Positions 46,063 to 57,112 of a stretch of 64,000 nt of DNA are shown here, one piece after another. The position numbers were made by a program, and so were the translations under genes. The notes under the pieces were generated by a model. That model did no database searches. It saw only the letters and a program-made list of their open reading frames with translations, and was not told the DNA's origin. Numbering within the stretch: position 1 is the first letter of the stretch; every line of letters begins with the position of its first letter. This DNA comes from Candidatus Aldehydirespiratoraceae bacterium (GTDB lineage Bacteria; Actinomycetota; Acidimicrobiia; Acidimicrobiales; Aldehydirespiratoraceae). The stretch is from positions 44,072 through 108,071 of the forward strand of contig JBLIOE010000002.1 in NCBI GenBank assembly GCA_047639555.1, read 5' to 3'.

Positions 46063-47139
46063 ATGCGAAAGCATTGGATTTTGCGGCTTATGGCCGTGCT
46101 GCTTGGATTCACACTTCTGGCTGCGGCCTGCAGCGATGATTCCGAAGACACTGTCGAGCTCACACAGGACGGCGGCGTCCTCGCCAAGGTCATCGACGCC
46201 GGAACACTCGAATGTGGCGGCAACGACACCTTGCCAGGCTTCGGAATTGTTGACGCCGACAGCGGCGCGTTCAGCGGCTTCGACATCGACTTCTGTCGTG
46301 TCATCGCAGCTGCGGTCCTCGGCGACGCTGAGGCAATCAACGTCACCCCGCTTGTGGCTGCACAGCGCTTCCCGACCCTACAGTCGGGCGAGATCGACGT
46401 GCTGATCCGCAACACCACGTGGACGGCAAGTCGTGACGGCAGCGAGCAGGCCAACTTCCTGCACACCACCTTCTTCGACGGCCAGGGCTTCATGGCCGGC
46501 GCCGACGCTGGTATCGCGAGCCTCGACGACGTGGCCAATGCCTCGATCTGCGTGCTCCAGGGCACCACGACGTTGCTCAACCTCAACGCCGTCATGGGCG
46601 ATCTCGGCATCCCGTTCACGGCCGTCGAGTTCGAATCCAACGACGAACTGAACCCCGCCTTCCAGGCGGGCCAGTGTGAGGTCTGGACCTCCGACGCTTC
46701 GCAGCTCGCTGCGTTCGCCGCCAACATGGATATTCCGACCGTGATTCTCCCCGAGATCATCTCGAAGGAGCCGCTGGGCCCGGTTGTCGCTGATGGCGAC
46801 ACCGAATGGGCGCAGGTTGTCGACTGGGCCACCATGGCCACCATTCAGGCGTGGGAGTTCGGCATTACGTCGGAGAACATCGGCACCTTCACCGACAGCG
46901 AAGATTCCGGCATCCGCCGTTTCCTCGGTCTCCCCATCACCGATGATGACGGCAACGAAGCCATCGCTGAAGTGGGCCTCGGTCTTCCGACTGACTTTGC
47001 GAAGAACATCATCGAGCAGGTTGGCAACTACGAAGAAATCTTCCAGCGCAACCTGGCGCCGATCAGCCTCACCCTCGCGGGCAGCCCGAACGACCTTTGG
47101 ACCAACGGTGGTCTCCAGTACGTTCCGCCGTTCCGCTAG
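46063..47139 (+). CDS. Amino-acid ABC transporter substrate-binding lipoprotein (general L-amino-acid AapJ-like)
   Basis: MRKHWILRLMAVLLGFTLLAAACSDD lipobox; GFDIDFCRVIAAAV...LIRNTTWT. GGAGG lies 5 nt upstream of ATG 46063. Confidence 0.8.
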   Translation: MRKHWILRLMAVLLGFTLLAAACSDDSEDTVELTQDGGVLAKVIDAGTLECGGNDTLPGFGIVDADSGAFSGFDIDFCRVIAAAVLGDAEAINVTPLVAAQRFPTLQSGEIDVLIRNTTWTASRDGSEQANFLHTTFFDGQGFMAGADAGIASLDDVANASICVLQGTTTLLNLNAVMGDLGIPFTAVEFESNDELNPAFQAGQCEVWTSDASQLAAFAANMDIPTVILPEIISKEPLGPVVADGDTEWAQVVDWATMATIQAWEFGITSENIGTFTDSEDSGIRRFLGLPITDDDGNEAIAEVGLGLPTDFAKNIIEQVGNYEEIFQRNLAPISLTLAGSPNDLWTNGGLQYVPPFR

Positions 47140-47169
47140 TCAAGGCAAGTAACCGAAGTTGATTTGGAG

Positions 47170-47195
47170 GGCCGGTGGGGTTTACCCCACCGGCC
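47170..47195 (+). terminator. Strong intra-operon hairpin after the binding-protein gene (partial terminator or mRNA stabiliser)
   Basis: GGCCGGTGGGG-TTTA-CCCCACCGGCC, a perfect 11-bp stem, followed by TTCTG. Confidence 0.5.
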
Positions 47196-47269
47196 TTCTG
47201 GTCGACACCACCACACAGGGGGAACCGGCCCGTGAGCCGTAATACTGATCGCGCCGTCGGTGGAATGGC

Positions 47270-48610
47270 GTGAGTCGTCGAGTTATCAGCACTTGGGCCC
47301 AGACACTGGGCCTCGCCGCGATCGTCATCGCCTTCATCACGATCAGCGAGACGTTCAACGTCGCGACGATGGCGCTGTCGCTCGTCGTCGCCGCAGTCGT
47401 GTTCTTCGTCGCACGAGGGGCCCTCGACCTCACCGGCCGCGACCGAACAGACCGACCACCTGCATTTCGCGACGTCAAGGTGCTCGCCTTAGGCGCACAG
47501 ATCGTCGCCGTCGCCGCGCTCCACACGTTCCTCGCGTTCCTGTGGCAGAACTTCAGGGACCGCACGGACGACATCGGGCTCGAACTTGGATTCGACTTCC
47601 TCGATCAGCCGGGCGGCATCACTATCGCCGACAACCCACTCTCGGCCAACGATCAGGTCAAAGAGGCGATCCTGGCCGGATTCGAGAACACCATCCGGAT
47701 CATCATTTTCGGAATTCCGCTCGCCCTTGTCCTCGGCACACTCGTCGGCATCGCCCGCCTCTCGAGCAACTGGCTGCTGGGGAAGATCGCAACTCTCTAC
47801 GTCGAGATATTCCGCAATATTCCTGCCTTGGTGGTCATCTTGATGACCTGGTCCATCTACCTCAACGCCCTTCCATCGAGCGCCGAGGGCAGCCGCAAGC
47901 CGCTCGGAGAGTGGTTCATCTTCAACAATTCCCGATTCTCGTTCCCATCGATCAAAGGCCTCGAGAACTGGGAGACATATCGGTTCTTCATTCTCCTCGC
48001 GATTGTGGCTGCAATCGCCGTCTGGGTGTGGCGGACGCGGCTCTTTAACGAGACGGGCACACCCCACCGGCGTTCGTTGTGGTCCGCGGTAGCGTTCTTT
48101 GCGATAGGGCTCGTCGGCTTCGTTGCCCTCGGAGGACCGTTCGAACTGTCGAAACCTCTGGTCGACGAGGCCGGTCGGGTCTACACCGACGGCTTTCGAA
48201 TGCAGATGCCGTTCGCCGCGATCTTCACCGGACTCGTTGTCTATACCGGCACCCACATATCGGAGATCGTTCGCGGCAGCATCCTGGCCGTGCACAAAGG
48301 CCAGGACGAAGCAGCCAACGCCCTCGCACTCTCAGGGATCCAGCGCTACCGGTTCGTCATCCTTCCTCAGGCCCTCCGAATCGCGTTTCCGCCACTGATC
48401 AACCAGTTTCTCAACTTCTCGAAGAACAGTTCACTGGCCATTGCGATCGGCTTCGCGGAGGTAACCGCGGTGGTCAACAACCTGTTCGGGCAGAGCCAGC
48501 CCGCGCCTCAGCTTATTCTCATTCTCATGCTGAGTTATCTCGTGCTGTCGCTGATCCTCTCGGTGATTGGCAATCTCATCAATCGTCGACTGCAACTGGT
48601 CGGAAGGTGA
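47270..48610 (+). CDS. Amino-acid ABC transporter permease (AapQ-like)
   Basis: 446 aa, multi-TM, with the EAA-type loop ...GQDEAANALALSGIQRYRFVILPQALRIAFPPL. Confidence 0.8.
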   Translation: MSRRVISTWAQTLGLAAIVIAFITISETFNVATMALSLVVAAVVFFVARGALDLTGRDRTDRPPAFRDVKVLALGAQIVAVAALHTFLAFLWQNFRDRTDDIGLELGFDFLDQPGGITIADNPLSANDQVKEAILAGFENTIRIIIFGIPLALVLGTLVGIARLSSNWLLGKIATLYVEIFRNIPALVVILMTWSIYLNALPSSAEGSRKPLGEWFIFNNSRFSFPSIKGLENWETYRFFILLAIVAAIAVWVWRTRLFNETGTPHRRSLWSAVAFFAIGLVGFVALGGPFELSKPLVDEAGRVYTDGFRMQMPFAAIFTGLVVYTGTHISEIVRGSILAVHKGQDEAANALALSGIQRYRFVILPQALRIAFPPLINQFLNFSKNSSLAIAIGFAEVTAVVNNLFGQSQPAPQLILILMLSYLVLSLILSVIGNLINRRLQLVGR

Positions 48611-48616
48611 TCTGAC

Positions 48617-50062
48617 ATGACCGACTTTGATGCACCCGCCCATCCGGACGTCGAAACCATGATCGCCGCGGCCGAACGGAGTCGCGCCCCGTCCGAGAAA
48701 CTCCCGCCCGGCGAATGGGCGAAGAAGAACCTCTTCAACAACTGGTACAACACGGTAATCAGCGTCGTGATGGCGGCGATCATTCTCGGAGTCACGCTCG
48801 CGACGCTGCAATGGGTGTTCAACACTGACTTCGCGATCATCCGGAAGTCGTTGCGACTCTTCATGGTCGGCCAGTTCCCGCGCGACGAACTCACCCGCCT
48901 GTGGGTCTCCTTCCTCCTGATGGCTGTAACCCTCGGTTTCACATCAGGGGCCGCTGCTCACAACACCTACGACGATGCCGTCGAGAAGGATCTCCCGGCC
49001 GAAAGAGAGAGCTGGCTCGACCTCTTCCGACGCTTCTGGGCGATCATTGCCGTCCACATCTTCTTCGTCTCCTTCGCCAACACCTTGCCGCCCTACCTCG
49101 GGTTGGCGGCAGTTTTCGCGACCGTCGTTGTCACCAGAGAACTCGGATGGCGGCTGCCCAGAGCAGCCCGCGACCGGGGCGCCTTCGTTGGTGCCGGACT
49201 CGGGATCGCATCGATGCTCGCACTCTCGGGAACGGGCGGGCTCGGTCGATGGGCCTTTGCGCTTCTCTTCGCAGCGTGGGCGTCGTTCGAGCTGGGGCGC
49301 CGAGACGTGCGCTCCGACAACCTCGGCACACTGATTCGAGTCGCGGTCACCGTGGTTGCCGGAGCGATCGCGTTCCTCATCGTCGACGCCTTGAGCATCG
49401 AGGGCTTCGGGTGGGACGAATGGGGCGGCCTCCACCTCAACATCTTCGTCACTGTCGTGGGCCTCGGGCTCGGCCTCCCCTTCGGAATTCTGTTGGCGAT
49501 GGGGCGCCGCTCCGAACTTCCGATCATCAAAGCCGCCTCTGTGCTCTTCATCGAGTTCGTCCGCGGCGTGCCGTTGATCTCGCTCCTCCTCTTCTCGAAC
49601 CTCATGCTCGGCCTATTTTTCCCGCTGGGGTCAGACCTGCCAAGTGAACTGACGCTCGCAATGATCGTGATCATGGGCTTCTCCGCGGCATACATCGCCG
49701 AGATCGTCCGCGGCGGGCTCCAGTCCGTCCCGAAAGGCCAAATCGAAGCCGCACAAGCGTCGGGTCTGTCGCCGGGAGCCGTCCAACGCCTTGTCGTGCT
49801 GCCTCAGGCGCTACGAAATGTGATTCCGGCGATGGTCGGGCAGTTCATTTCCCTGTTCAAGGACACGTCCCTCCTTAGCATCATTGGCGTGCTCGAGATC
49901 CTCAATGTCTCCGCGGTGGCGAACGCCCAGACCGAATTCATCGGTAAGGGACTTGCCGTCGTTACATATCCGTTCGTCGCTCTGGCTTTCTGGGCCTTCG
50001 CCTACACCATGTCCAAAGAATCTCGACGACTCGAAACCAAACTTGGAGTTGGTACCCGATGA
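48617..50062 (+). CDS. Amino-acid ABC transporter permease (AapM-like)
   Basis: 481 aa, multi-TM, ...[33 protein letters not shown]. Confidence 0.8.
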   Translation: MTDFDAPAHPDVETMIAAAERSRAPSEKLPPGEWAKKNLFNNWYNTVISVVMAAIILGVTLATLQWVFNTDFAIIRKSLRLFMVGQFPRDELTRLWVSFLLMAVTLGFTSGAAAHNTYDDAVEKDLPAERESWLDLFRRFWAIIAVHIFFVSFANTLPPYLGLAAVFATVVVTRELGWRLPRAARDRGAFVGAGLGIASMLALSGTGGLGRWAFALLFAAWASFELGRRDVRSDNLGTLIRVAVTVVAGAIAFLIVDALSIEGFGWDEWGGLHLNIFVTVVGLGLGLPFGILLAMGRRSELPIIKAASVLFIEFVRGVPLISLLLFSNLMLGLFFPLGSDLPSELTLAMIVIMGFSAAYIAEIVRGGLQSVPKGQIEAAQASGLSPGAVQRLVVLPQALRNVIPAMVGQFISLFKDTSLLSIIGVLEILNVSAVANAQTEFIGKGLAVVTYPFVALAFWAFAYTMSKESRRLETKLGVGTR

Positions 50063-50838
50063 ACGACACGACGATCAACGCAGACGCGACCGCGACTGCC
50101 GGCGGAGGCGAAACCGTCATCGAACTCGCCGGTGTCGACAAGTTCTTTGGCGAATTCCAGGCCCTGAGCAACATCAACATGAAGGTCGGGCTGCAGGAGG
50201 TAGTGGTCGTCATCGGCCCTTCCGGTTCCGGCAAGTCCACCCTGATCCGCTGCATCAACCGTCTGGAGCAGCACAGCCGCGGCTCGATCACCGTGGGCGG
50301 CGTTGAACTCACCGACGACATTCGCAATATCCAGGAGATTCGACGAGAGACGGGGATGGTGTTCCAAAGCTTCAACCTCTTCCCTCACCTCACAATTCTC
50401 GACAACATCACGCTCGCGCCGCGCAACGTTCGCAATACGCCACGCGCCAAGGCCGAAGCCGAAGCCATGGAGTTGCTCGAGCGGGTCAAGATTCCCGAGC
50501 AGGCACGGAAGTTTCCGGGCCAGCTCTCCGGTGGTCAGCAGCAGCGCGTCGCGATCGCCCGGGCGTTGGCCATGAACCCGAAGGTCATGCTTTTCGACGA
50601 GCCGACATCGGCGCTGGACCCCGAAATGATCTCGGAAGTGCTCGACACCATGAAGGACCTGGCGAGGGAGGGCATGACAATGATCTGTGTCACCCATGAA
50701 ATGGGCTTTGCTCGTGAGGTCGCCGACCGCGTGGTGTTCATGGCCGACGGTGAAATCGTCGAAGTGGGAACCCCCGAGCACTTCTTCACCAACCCCCAGG
50801 AAGAGCGTACCAAGCTGTTCCTGTCGCAAATCCTCTGA
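50059..50838 (+). CDS. Amino-acid ABC transporter ATP-binding protein
   Basis: [35 protein letters not shown]. The ATG overlaps the upstream stop. Confidence 0.9.
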   Translation: MNDTTINADATATAGGGETVIELAGVDKFFGEFQALSNINMKVGLQEVVVVIGPSGSGKSTLIRCINRLEQHSRGSITVGGVELTDDIRNIQEIRRETGMVFQSFNLFPHLTILDNITLAPRNVRNTPRAKAEAEAMELLERVKIPEQARKFPGQLSGGQQQRVAIARALAMNPKVMLFDEPTSALDPEMISEVLDTMKDLAREGMTMICVTHEMGFAREVADRVVFMADGEIVEVGTPEHFFTNPQEERTKLFLSQIL

Positions 50839-51539
50839 GCCGACCACCAACAATCGGCATCATCGCGGGCTCGGGCCCCGACGCCGGAATCGATCTCTGG
50901 CAGAAGATTCTCGCGGCTGTTCGCAACTCTCCCGGGTTGCACTACCTCGGCGACGAGGACGCACCGCGGGTCATCGTGATATCCGAACCACGCCTCGGCC
51001 CGTCGATGGATCTTCCCGAAACCGACGAGGTTGTATGGAGTGTCTTAGCCGACACTGCCCGAACCATCGCCGAACAGGTCGACGTGTTCGCGATTGCGTG
51101 CAACACCCTCAATATCTACGCCGCACGGCTAGAGGCACTCGCGCTACCGGCCGACCTCGTGACACCGCAGGCGGCCGTCGGCGAGTGGTGCCACCAACAC
51201 GACGTCACTTCGATCGGACTACTCGGCGCCCGGCCCGTCACCCGTCTCGATGCGTGGTCGCCGTATACCGCGGCGCAGACACGGCTCACCGTCGAGCCGC
51301 CGCCCGACATCGATGCGCTCCATCAACTGATCCTCGACATCAAACGTGATGGGGGAGTCGCGGCCCACCAAGCTCGTTTCGCGACGCTCGCGGCGGCGTT
51401 TTCGGCCGACCATCTCGTGTTGGCGTGTACCGAGCTTCCACTCGTCAGCACCCGCGTTCCGGGCAAGACATTGCTCGACCCGACCGACCTCCTCGCGGCC
51501 GCACTCGTGCGCCGTTGGTCAGCTAGCACCGCGAGCTAG
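50835..51539 (+). CDS. Aspartate/glutamate-racemase-family protein. The start codon is unresolved.
   Basis: Both catalytic Cys contexts are present ([22 protein letters not shown]). Homology clearly begins at [17 protein letters not shown], upstream of the first canonical start (TTG 50937). CTG 50835 overlaps the ABC stop (cTGA). Confidence 0.6.
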   Translation: MSRPPTIGIIAGSGPDAGIDLWQKILAAVRNSPGLHYLGDEDAPRVIVISEPRLGPSMDLPETDEVVWSVLADTARTIAEQVDVFAIACNTLNIYAARLEALALPADLVTPQAAVGEWCHQHDVTSIGLLGARPVTRLDAWSPYTAAQTRLTVEPPPDIDALHQLILDIKRDGGVAAHQARFATLAAAFSADHLVLACTELPLVSTRVPGKTLLDPTDLLAAALVRRWSASTAS

Positions 51540-51549
51540 GGTCGCCGGA

Positions 51550-53058
51550 ATGGCCATTCCGAAGACACTCGGCATCGAAACCGAGTACGGCATTACGCAC
51601 AAGGGCACTGACGATCCGAACCCCATAGCCGCCTCATCGGTTCTGATCAACGCGTATCTCTACGACGCCGGATACCGGGCCGAGAGCAAACATCCGAATG
51701 TGCACTGGGACTTCATCGACGAGACACCCGGCATCGACGCTCGCGGCTACGCACCCACTGGTGCGATGCCCCCCGATGTAGAGACTCACCTCGTCAACGC
51801 CGTTCTCACCAACGGGGCGCGCTACTACGTCGACCATGCCCATCCCGAGCTGAGCACACCCGAATGTGCCGACGCCCGCTCGGTTGTGCTCTTCGACCGC
51901 GCCGCAGAACTGATCGCGGCACAATCGATGGTCGCTTCCGAGAAGCTGCTTCCGCCCGGCGAAGAGATCATCGTCTACAAGAACAACAGCGACGGCAAGG
52001 GCAGCAGCTACGGCTGTCACGAGAACTATCTTGTCGATCGATCCACACCCTTTGGCCGGATCGTCAACCACTGCACGGCCCATTTCATCACCCGTCAAAT
52101 CTTCACGGGCGCGGGCAAGGTCGGCGCCGAAGTGCCCGGCATGGCCACCAACGAAGTTGATTTTCAGCTGACGCAACGGGCCGATTTCTTCGAAGAAGAA
52201 GTGGGGCTCGAGACCACGCTCAAACGCCCGATCATCAACACGCGCGACGAACCGCACGCTGATCCCCGTAAATACCGCCGCCTCCACGTGATTGTGGGTG
52301 ACGCCAACTGTGCCCAGGTGGCCACCTACCTGAAGGTCGGCACCACTGCGCTCATCCTCGCGCTCACCGAAGACGACGCGTTCACCCGCGAGTTCACCTT
52401 CGCCACTCCCGTGGCCTCGCTCCGGGCGGTGTCTCACGACCTCTCGCTAGGCCAGACACTCACGCTCGACGACGGGTCAACGATCACCGCCCTTGAAGTG
52501 CAGTGGGACCTCCTCGGTCAGGCCAAGAAGTACATCGAGGATCGCGGCACGGAAAACGTGGGCGGCGACGTCGCGCTCGACGTGCTGGTCCGGTGGGAAG
52601 AGATGCTGGCGGGCCTCGAAGACGATCCGATGAGTCTGGCCGGTCAGATCGACTGGGTCGCCAAGTACCGGCTGATCGAGGGTTACCGCGAACGGCACGG
52701 CCTCGACTGGAACGATGCTCGTTTACGAGCCATGGATATCCAGTACAGCGACCTCCGCCCCGAAAAGTCATTGTCGGCCCGCGTCGGCCTCGAACAAATC
52801 GTTTCCGACGACGATGCCCGCGTCGCTATGACCGAACCGCCGCACGACACCCGCGCCTTCTTCCGGGGCCGTTGCCTTCAGCGGTTCTCTGACAACGTGG
52901 TGGCCGCCAACTGGGATTCGATGGTATTTGATATTGGCACCGAGGCCCTCCGGCGGGTGCCGATGATGGAACCATTGCGCGGTACCGAAGCGCATGTGGG
53001 TACGTTGTTCGATGAGTGCGACTCAGCGGCGGACTTGCTTCGCCGACTGGGAAACTAA
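51550..53058 (+). CDS. dop: Pup deamidase/depupylase Dop
   Basis: [17 protein letters not shown]... 502 aa, directly upstream of pup. The listed ORF starts 204 nt too early. Confidence 0.9.
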   Translation: MAIPKTLGIETEYGITHKGTDDPNPIAASSVLINAYLYDAGYRAESKHPNVHWDFIDETPGIDARGYAPTGAMPPDVETHLVNAVLTNGARYYVDHAHPELSTPECADARSVVLFDRAAELIAAQSMVASEKLLPPGEEIIVYKNNSDGKGSSYGCHENYLVDRSTPFGRIVNHCTAHFITRQIFTGAGKVGAEVPGMATNEVDFQLTQRADFFEEEVGLETTLKRPIINTRDEPHADPRKYRRLHVIVGDANCAQVATYLKVGTTALILALTEDDAFTREFTFATPVASLRAVSHDLSLGQTLTLDDGSTITALEVQWDLLGQAKKYIEDRGTENVGGDVALDVLVRWEEMLAGLEDDPMSLAGQIDWVAKYRLIEGYRERHGLDWNDARLRAMDIQYSDLRPEKSLSARVGLEQIVSDDDARVAMTEPPHDTRAFFRGRCLQRFSDNVVAANWDSMVFDIGTEALRRVPMMEPLRGTEAHVGTLFDECDSAADLLRRLGN

Positions 53059-53084
53059 GAGACCGAGACCACGGGGAGACGCGA

Positions 53085-53279
53085 ATGGCCGAGCGTGAAC
53101 AGATCCGCAAGCCCGCTCCAACGGAGCGCGAAAACGAGAGCGCAGCAGCGCCCACCACCTCCGAGAAGGGCGAGGAGCTCAAGGCTGAGCTCGACGACCT
53201 GCTCGATGAGATCGACGAGGTCCTTGAGACCAACGCCGAGGACTTTGTGAAGTCCTACATTCAAAAAGGCGGCCAGTAG
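53085..53279 (+). CDS. pup: Prokaryotic ubiquitin-like protein Pup (C-terminal GGQ)
   Basis: [19 protein letters not shown]...[29 protein letters not shown], 64 aa. GGGGAG precedes the ATG. Confidence 0.95.
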   Translation: MAEREQIRKPAPTERENESAAAPTTSEKGEELKAELDDLLDEIDEVLETNAEDFVKSYIQKGGQ

Positions 53280-53282
53280 GCC

Positions 53283-54089
53283 GTGAATCTCCCGCTCTTT
53301 CGGCCGCACGACGATCCGGGGCCGAGCTTTGCAGAGCTGCTGCGTCGCAGTGGCTTCGACGACCTCGTCACCGTCGACCACGGCAGCACCGACGCGCCGA
53401 TTCCCGTGAGCGACTATCGCCACGGCACCACCTGTGTCGCCCTTCGTTACGCCGACGGTGTGCTCCTCGCGGGTGACCGCCGGGCAACATCGGGCAACCT
53501 CATCAGCCATCGCACGCTCGAGAAGGTCTACCCAGCCGACGGCCACAGTGGCGTCGCAATTGCCGGAGCCGCCGGCCCCGCCATTGAGATGGTCCGGCTC
53601 TTCCAGCTGCAACTCGAGCACTACGAGAAGGTCGAGGGCAACTCGCTCAGCCTCGAGGGCAAGGCCAATCAGCTCAGCCAGATGATCCGCAACAACCTTC
53701 CCGCCGCGATGCAGGGCCTCGCCGTAGTGCCGATCTTTGCTGGCTTCGATCTTGGCCGAGAAGAGGGGCGACTTTTCGAATTCGACATCACCGGTGGCCG
53801 CTACGAGGAAATGCAGCACGCAGCCACGGGCTCGGGTTCTTTACACGCGGGCACTGTCCTCAAGCTGGGCTTTCGCGAAGGTTTTGATGCCGGCACCGTT
53901 ACTGACCTCGCCCTCGAGTCGCTGTTCGAAGCAGCCGACGAAGACTCCGCCACGGGCGGACCCGACCCCATCCGAGGGATCTACCCGGTTGTGGCGCTCA
54001 TCACGGCCGATGGTTACACCCGAATCGACGACGCCGAACTCGCCGACCGCACCCAGGCGCTGCTTGAGCGTCGCCGCAACAACGTCTAG
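53283..54089 (+). CDS. prcB: 20S proteasome beta subunit (with propeptide)
   Basis: ...DYRHG/TTCVALRYADGVLLAGDRRATSG carries Thr1 after the propeptide. 268 aa. Confidence 0.93.
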   Translation: MNLPLFRPHDDPGPSFAELLRRSGFDDLVTVDHGSTDAPIPVSDYRHGTTCVALRYADGVLLAGDRRATSGNLISHRTLEKVYPADGHSGVAIAGAAGPAIEMVRLFQLQLEHYEKVEGNSLSLEGKANQLSQMIRNNLPAAMQGLAVVPIFAGFDLGREEGRLFEFDITGGRYEEMQHAATGSGSLHAGTVLKLGFREGFDAGTVTDLALESLFEAADEDSATGGPDPIRGIYPVVALITADGYTRIDDAELADRTQALLERRRNNV

Positions 54090-54098
54090 GAGCCTGAT

Positions 54099-54782
54099 AT
54101 GAACATGCCCTTCTACGTTGCCCCTGAACAGGTGATGAAAGACCGCGCCGATTACGCCCGCAAAGGGATCGCCCGGGGCCGGAGCCTGATCGCGTTCCGA
54201 TTCGTCGACGGCATCGCAATCTGCGCCGAAAACACCTCGTCCACCCTGCGCAAAGTCAGCGAGATCTACGACCGCATTGCGTTCGCCGGTGTCGGCAAAT
54301 ACAACGAGTTCGATCAGTTGCGCATCGCCGGCGTCCGCCATGCCGACCTCAAGGGCTACTCCTTCAGTCGAGAAGACGTCGATGCACGAAGCCTGGCCAA
54401 TCAATACGCCCAAAGTCTTGGTCAGGTGTTTACGCACGAAATGAAGCCGATGGAGGTCGAGATCCTCGTCGCGGAGATCGGCGCGGCAGCCGATGGTGCA
54501 GGCGATCAGCTCTTCCACATCTTGTACGACGGCACGGTGATGGATGAAGACATGTCGGTTGTGCTCGGCGGCGAGACCGACACAATCTCCGGTCGCTTCG
54601 GAACCCTCGAAACACCACCCACCCTGTCCGTTGGTCTCAAGCAGGCGGTTGGGGCGCTCAACGGCCCCGATCGTGAACTTACGCCCGCCGGGCTGGAAGT
54701 CGCTGTTCTCGAGCGAGGGATTGGCCGCAGGGCCTTCCGTCGCCTCGATGATGCCGAAGTGGCATCGCTCCTCGACGAATAG
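54099..54782 (+). CDS. prcA: 20S proteasome alpha subunit
   Basis: MNMPFYVAPEQVMKDRADYARKGIARGRS... 227 aa. GGAG precedes the ATG. Confidence 0.93.
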   Translation: MNMPFYVAPEQVMKDRADYARKGIARGRSLIAFRFVDGIAICAENTSSTLRKVSEIYDRIAFAGVGKYNEFDQLRIAGVRHADLKGYSFSREDVDARSLANQYAQSLGQVFTHEMKPMEVEILVAEIGAAADGAGDQLFHILYDGTVMDEDMSVVLGGETDTISGRFGTLETPPTLSVGLKQAVGALNGPDRELTPAGLEVAVLERGIGRRAFRRLDDAEVASLLDE

Positions 54783-54863
54783 TCCTCATCGCCAGCACCA
54801 ACATCACCGTCGTTCAGGGGGGCGCATCCGCCCAACCGAGGGCGAGGCAGTTAGGTTGTCGAC

Positions 54864-56222
54864 GTGCAGCGTCGGATCTTCGGAATCGAGAACGAGTACG
54901 GGGTTACCTGCACATTGAACGGTCAGCGTCGGCTTAGTCCCGACGAGGTCGCCCGTTACCTCTTTCGCCGCGTTGTCTCGTGGGGGCGGAGCAGCAACGT
55001 CTTCCTCGGCAATGGCGCCCGGCTCTACCTCGATGTCGGGAGTCACCCCGAATACGCGACCCCGGAGTGCGACTCAGTCCATGACTTGGTCGTCCACGAC
55101 AAAGCCGGCGAACGGATTCTCGAACAGCTCCTCACCAGCGCCGAGGAGCGCCTCAGCGACGAGGGCATCAACGGCGACATCTATCTCTTCAAAAACAACA
55201 CTGATTCCGCGGGCAACAGTTACGGCTGCCACGAGAACTACTGCACCAGCCGTAAGGATGAATTCAGCTCCTACAGCGAAGTATTGATTCCGTTTCTCGT
55301 CAGCCGTCAGATCTATGCCGGGGCCGGCAAGGTGCTGCAGACCGCGCGCGGCGCGATGTATTGCGTCAGCCAGCGAGCCGAACACATCTGGGAAGGCGTA
55401 TCGTCGGCCACCACCCGCTCTCGCCCCATAATCAACACTCGCGACGAACCCCACGCCGATGCGGAGCGGTACCGCCGTCTTCACGTCATCGTCGGCGATT
55501 CCAACATGAGCGAATACGCGAACTACCTGAAGGTCGGTGCGTGTGCGCTCATGCTGCGCATGCTCGAAGAACCGCAGGTCGTGCTGCGCGACATGACACT
55601 CGAGAATCCAATTCGGGCGATCCGCGAGATCAGCCACGACACGACATGCACCCGGCGGGTACGACTCGCCAATGGTCGCGAGGTGTCCGCCCTCGACATC
55701 CAAAGCGAATACCTCAACCGGGCCATCCGCTTCGCCGAGCACAACGAACTCTCCGACCAAGAACAGCTGGCGCTCGAGATGTGGGAGCACTGCCTCACGG
55801 CGCTCGCCGATGACCCGATGAAACTCGATCGCGAGATCGACTGGGTAATCAAGTACAAGCTCATGGAGGGCTACCGCGAGCGCCATGGACTCGAACTGAG
55901 TGACGCTCGGGTCGCCCTCATCGATCTGCAATACCACGACGTCAACCGCGAACGCGGCCTCTTCTATCGGATGCAAAAGCGCGGCATGGTCGAACGTATG
56001 GTCACCGACGAGGAGATCTCCCACGCCGTGGAGCACCCGCCACAGACCACCCGCGCCCGTCTCCGCGGCGAGTTCATTCGGCGAGCAAAAGAGCAAAAAC
56101 GTGACTACACCGTTGATTGGGTTCACCTGAAGCTCAACGATCAGGCGCAGCGGACGGTCTTGTGTAAAGACCCGTTCAAGGCCCATGACGAACGCGTAGA
56201 AAAGCTCATCGCCAGTCTCTGA
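54864..56222 (+). CDS. pafA: Pup-protein ligase PafA
   Basis: [16 protein letters not shown]...[11 protein letters not shown]... 452 aa, paralogous to Dop. Confidence 0.93.
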   Translation: MQRRIFGIENEYGVTCTLNGQRRLSPDEVARYLFRRVVSWGRSSNVFLGNGARLYLDVGSHPEYATPECDSVHDLVVHDKAGERILEQLLTSAEERLSDEGINGDIYLFKNNTDSAGNSYGCHENYCTSRKDEFSSYSEVLIPFLVSRQIYAGAGKVLQTARGAMYCVSQRAEHIWEGVSSATTRSRPIINTRDEPHADAERYRRLHVIVGDSNMSEYANYLKVGACALMLRMLEEPQVVLRDMTLENPIRAIREISHDTTCTRRVRLANGREVSALDIQSEYLNRAIRFAEHNELSDQEQLALEMWEHCLTALADDPMKLDREIDWVIKYKLMEGYRERHGLELSDARVALIDLQYHDVNRERGLFYRMQKRGMVERMVTDEEISHAVEHPPQTTRARLRGEFIRRAKEQKRDYTVDWVHLKLNDQAQRTVLCKDPFKAHDERVEKLIASL

Positions 56223-57112
56223 TGGACAAGCTCGAACGTCTTCTCAATCTGGCCGCGGCGCTGCTCGACGCCGAGCGCCCCCTTACCGCTGACGACCTTC
56301 GCGACCGCATCGGGGGTTACCCCGAGGCCAAGGCGTCCTTCCGTCGTGCCTTCGAGCGCGACAAAGACGACCTGCGGGCAATGGGGCTCCCGATCCGCGT
56401 CGAAAACGTTCCCGGTGCCGATCCGCCCATCGATGGGTATCGCATGCGGCGCGCCGAATACACCGATGCTGAGCTCCGACTCGAACCCGACGAACTTGCG
56501 GCCCTCCACCTGGCCACCAACCTCGTTCGCCTCGATGGCGCCCGCGACGGCATTCGCAAGCTCGGCGGCAGCATCGGGGAGGCGGCCGACGAGGTGGCCA
56601 GCGTGCCATTCGACGATGCGCTCGCGGTGATGATCGCGGCCGCGGCCGACCGTCGGGCCGTCACGTTCACCTACAACGATGCGCCTCGCACCGTCGAACC
56701 CTGGCGTCTGTCGTTTTCTCGCGGTCATTGGTATCTCACCGGCTGGGATCAGATGCGCGACGCCAAACGGCTCTACCGAGTCGACCGCATAGCGGGCCAG
56801 GTCGAGTTGGGCGACGCTGCAACCCGCGATGTCGGCCAGATCAACGATCCGAGCGACCTGCGAGGCTGGGAGCTCGGCGACGGTGAGCCTGTCCGTGCCC
56901 GCGTGCGCGTCGATGCGGTCCAAGCCGCCCACGCCCGACACCTTCTGGGCAGCGTGGAGGAGCTTCCCGATGGGGGAGTGATCGTCGAACTCGACGTGCG
57001 CAACCCTGAAGCATTCCGATCATTCGTACTGAGCTTTCTTGACCACGCGGAAGTGCTCGAACCTCCTGAGCTTCGCCAGTCGATCATCGATTGGCTGGAG
57101 GCGTGTCGATGA
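56222..57112 (+). CDS. pafB: PafB (HTH plus WYL-domain regulator)
   Basis: [30 protein letters not shown]...WYLTGWD. TGATG overlap with pafA. Confidence 0.85.
   Translation: MDKLERLLNLAAALLDAERPLTADDLRDRIGGYPEAKASFRRAFERDKDDLRAMGLPIRVENVPGADPPIDGYRMRRAEYTDAELRLEPDELAALHLATNLVRLDGARDGIRKLGGSIGEAADEVASVPFDDALAVMIAAAADRRAVTFTYNDAPRTVEPWRLSFSRGHWYLTGWDQMRDAKRLYRVDRIAGQVELGDAATRDVGQINDPSDLRGWELGDGEPVRARVRVDAVQAAHARHLLGSVEELPDGGVIVELDVRNPEAFRSFVLSFLDHAEVLEPPELRQSIIDWLEACR

Noticed and set aside
54856-54863. TTGTCGAC just upstream of pafA, resembling the TTGTC(A/G) half of the PafBC-dependent promoter motif
   Set aside because: It ends directly at the GTG start codon, so it cannot be a -35-like element. 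There is also no TAnnnT at the required spacing.
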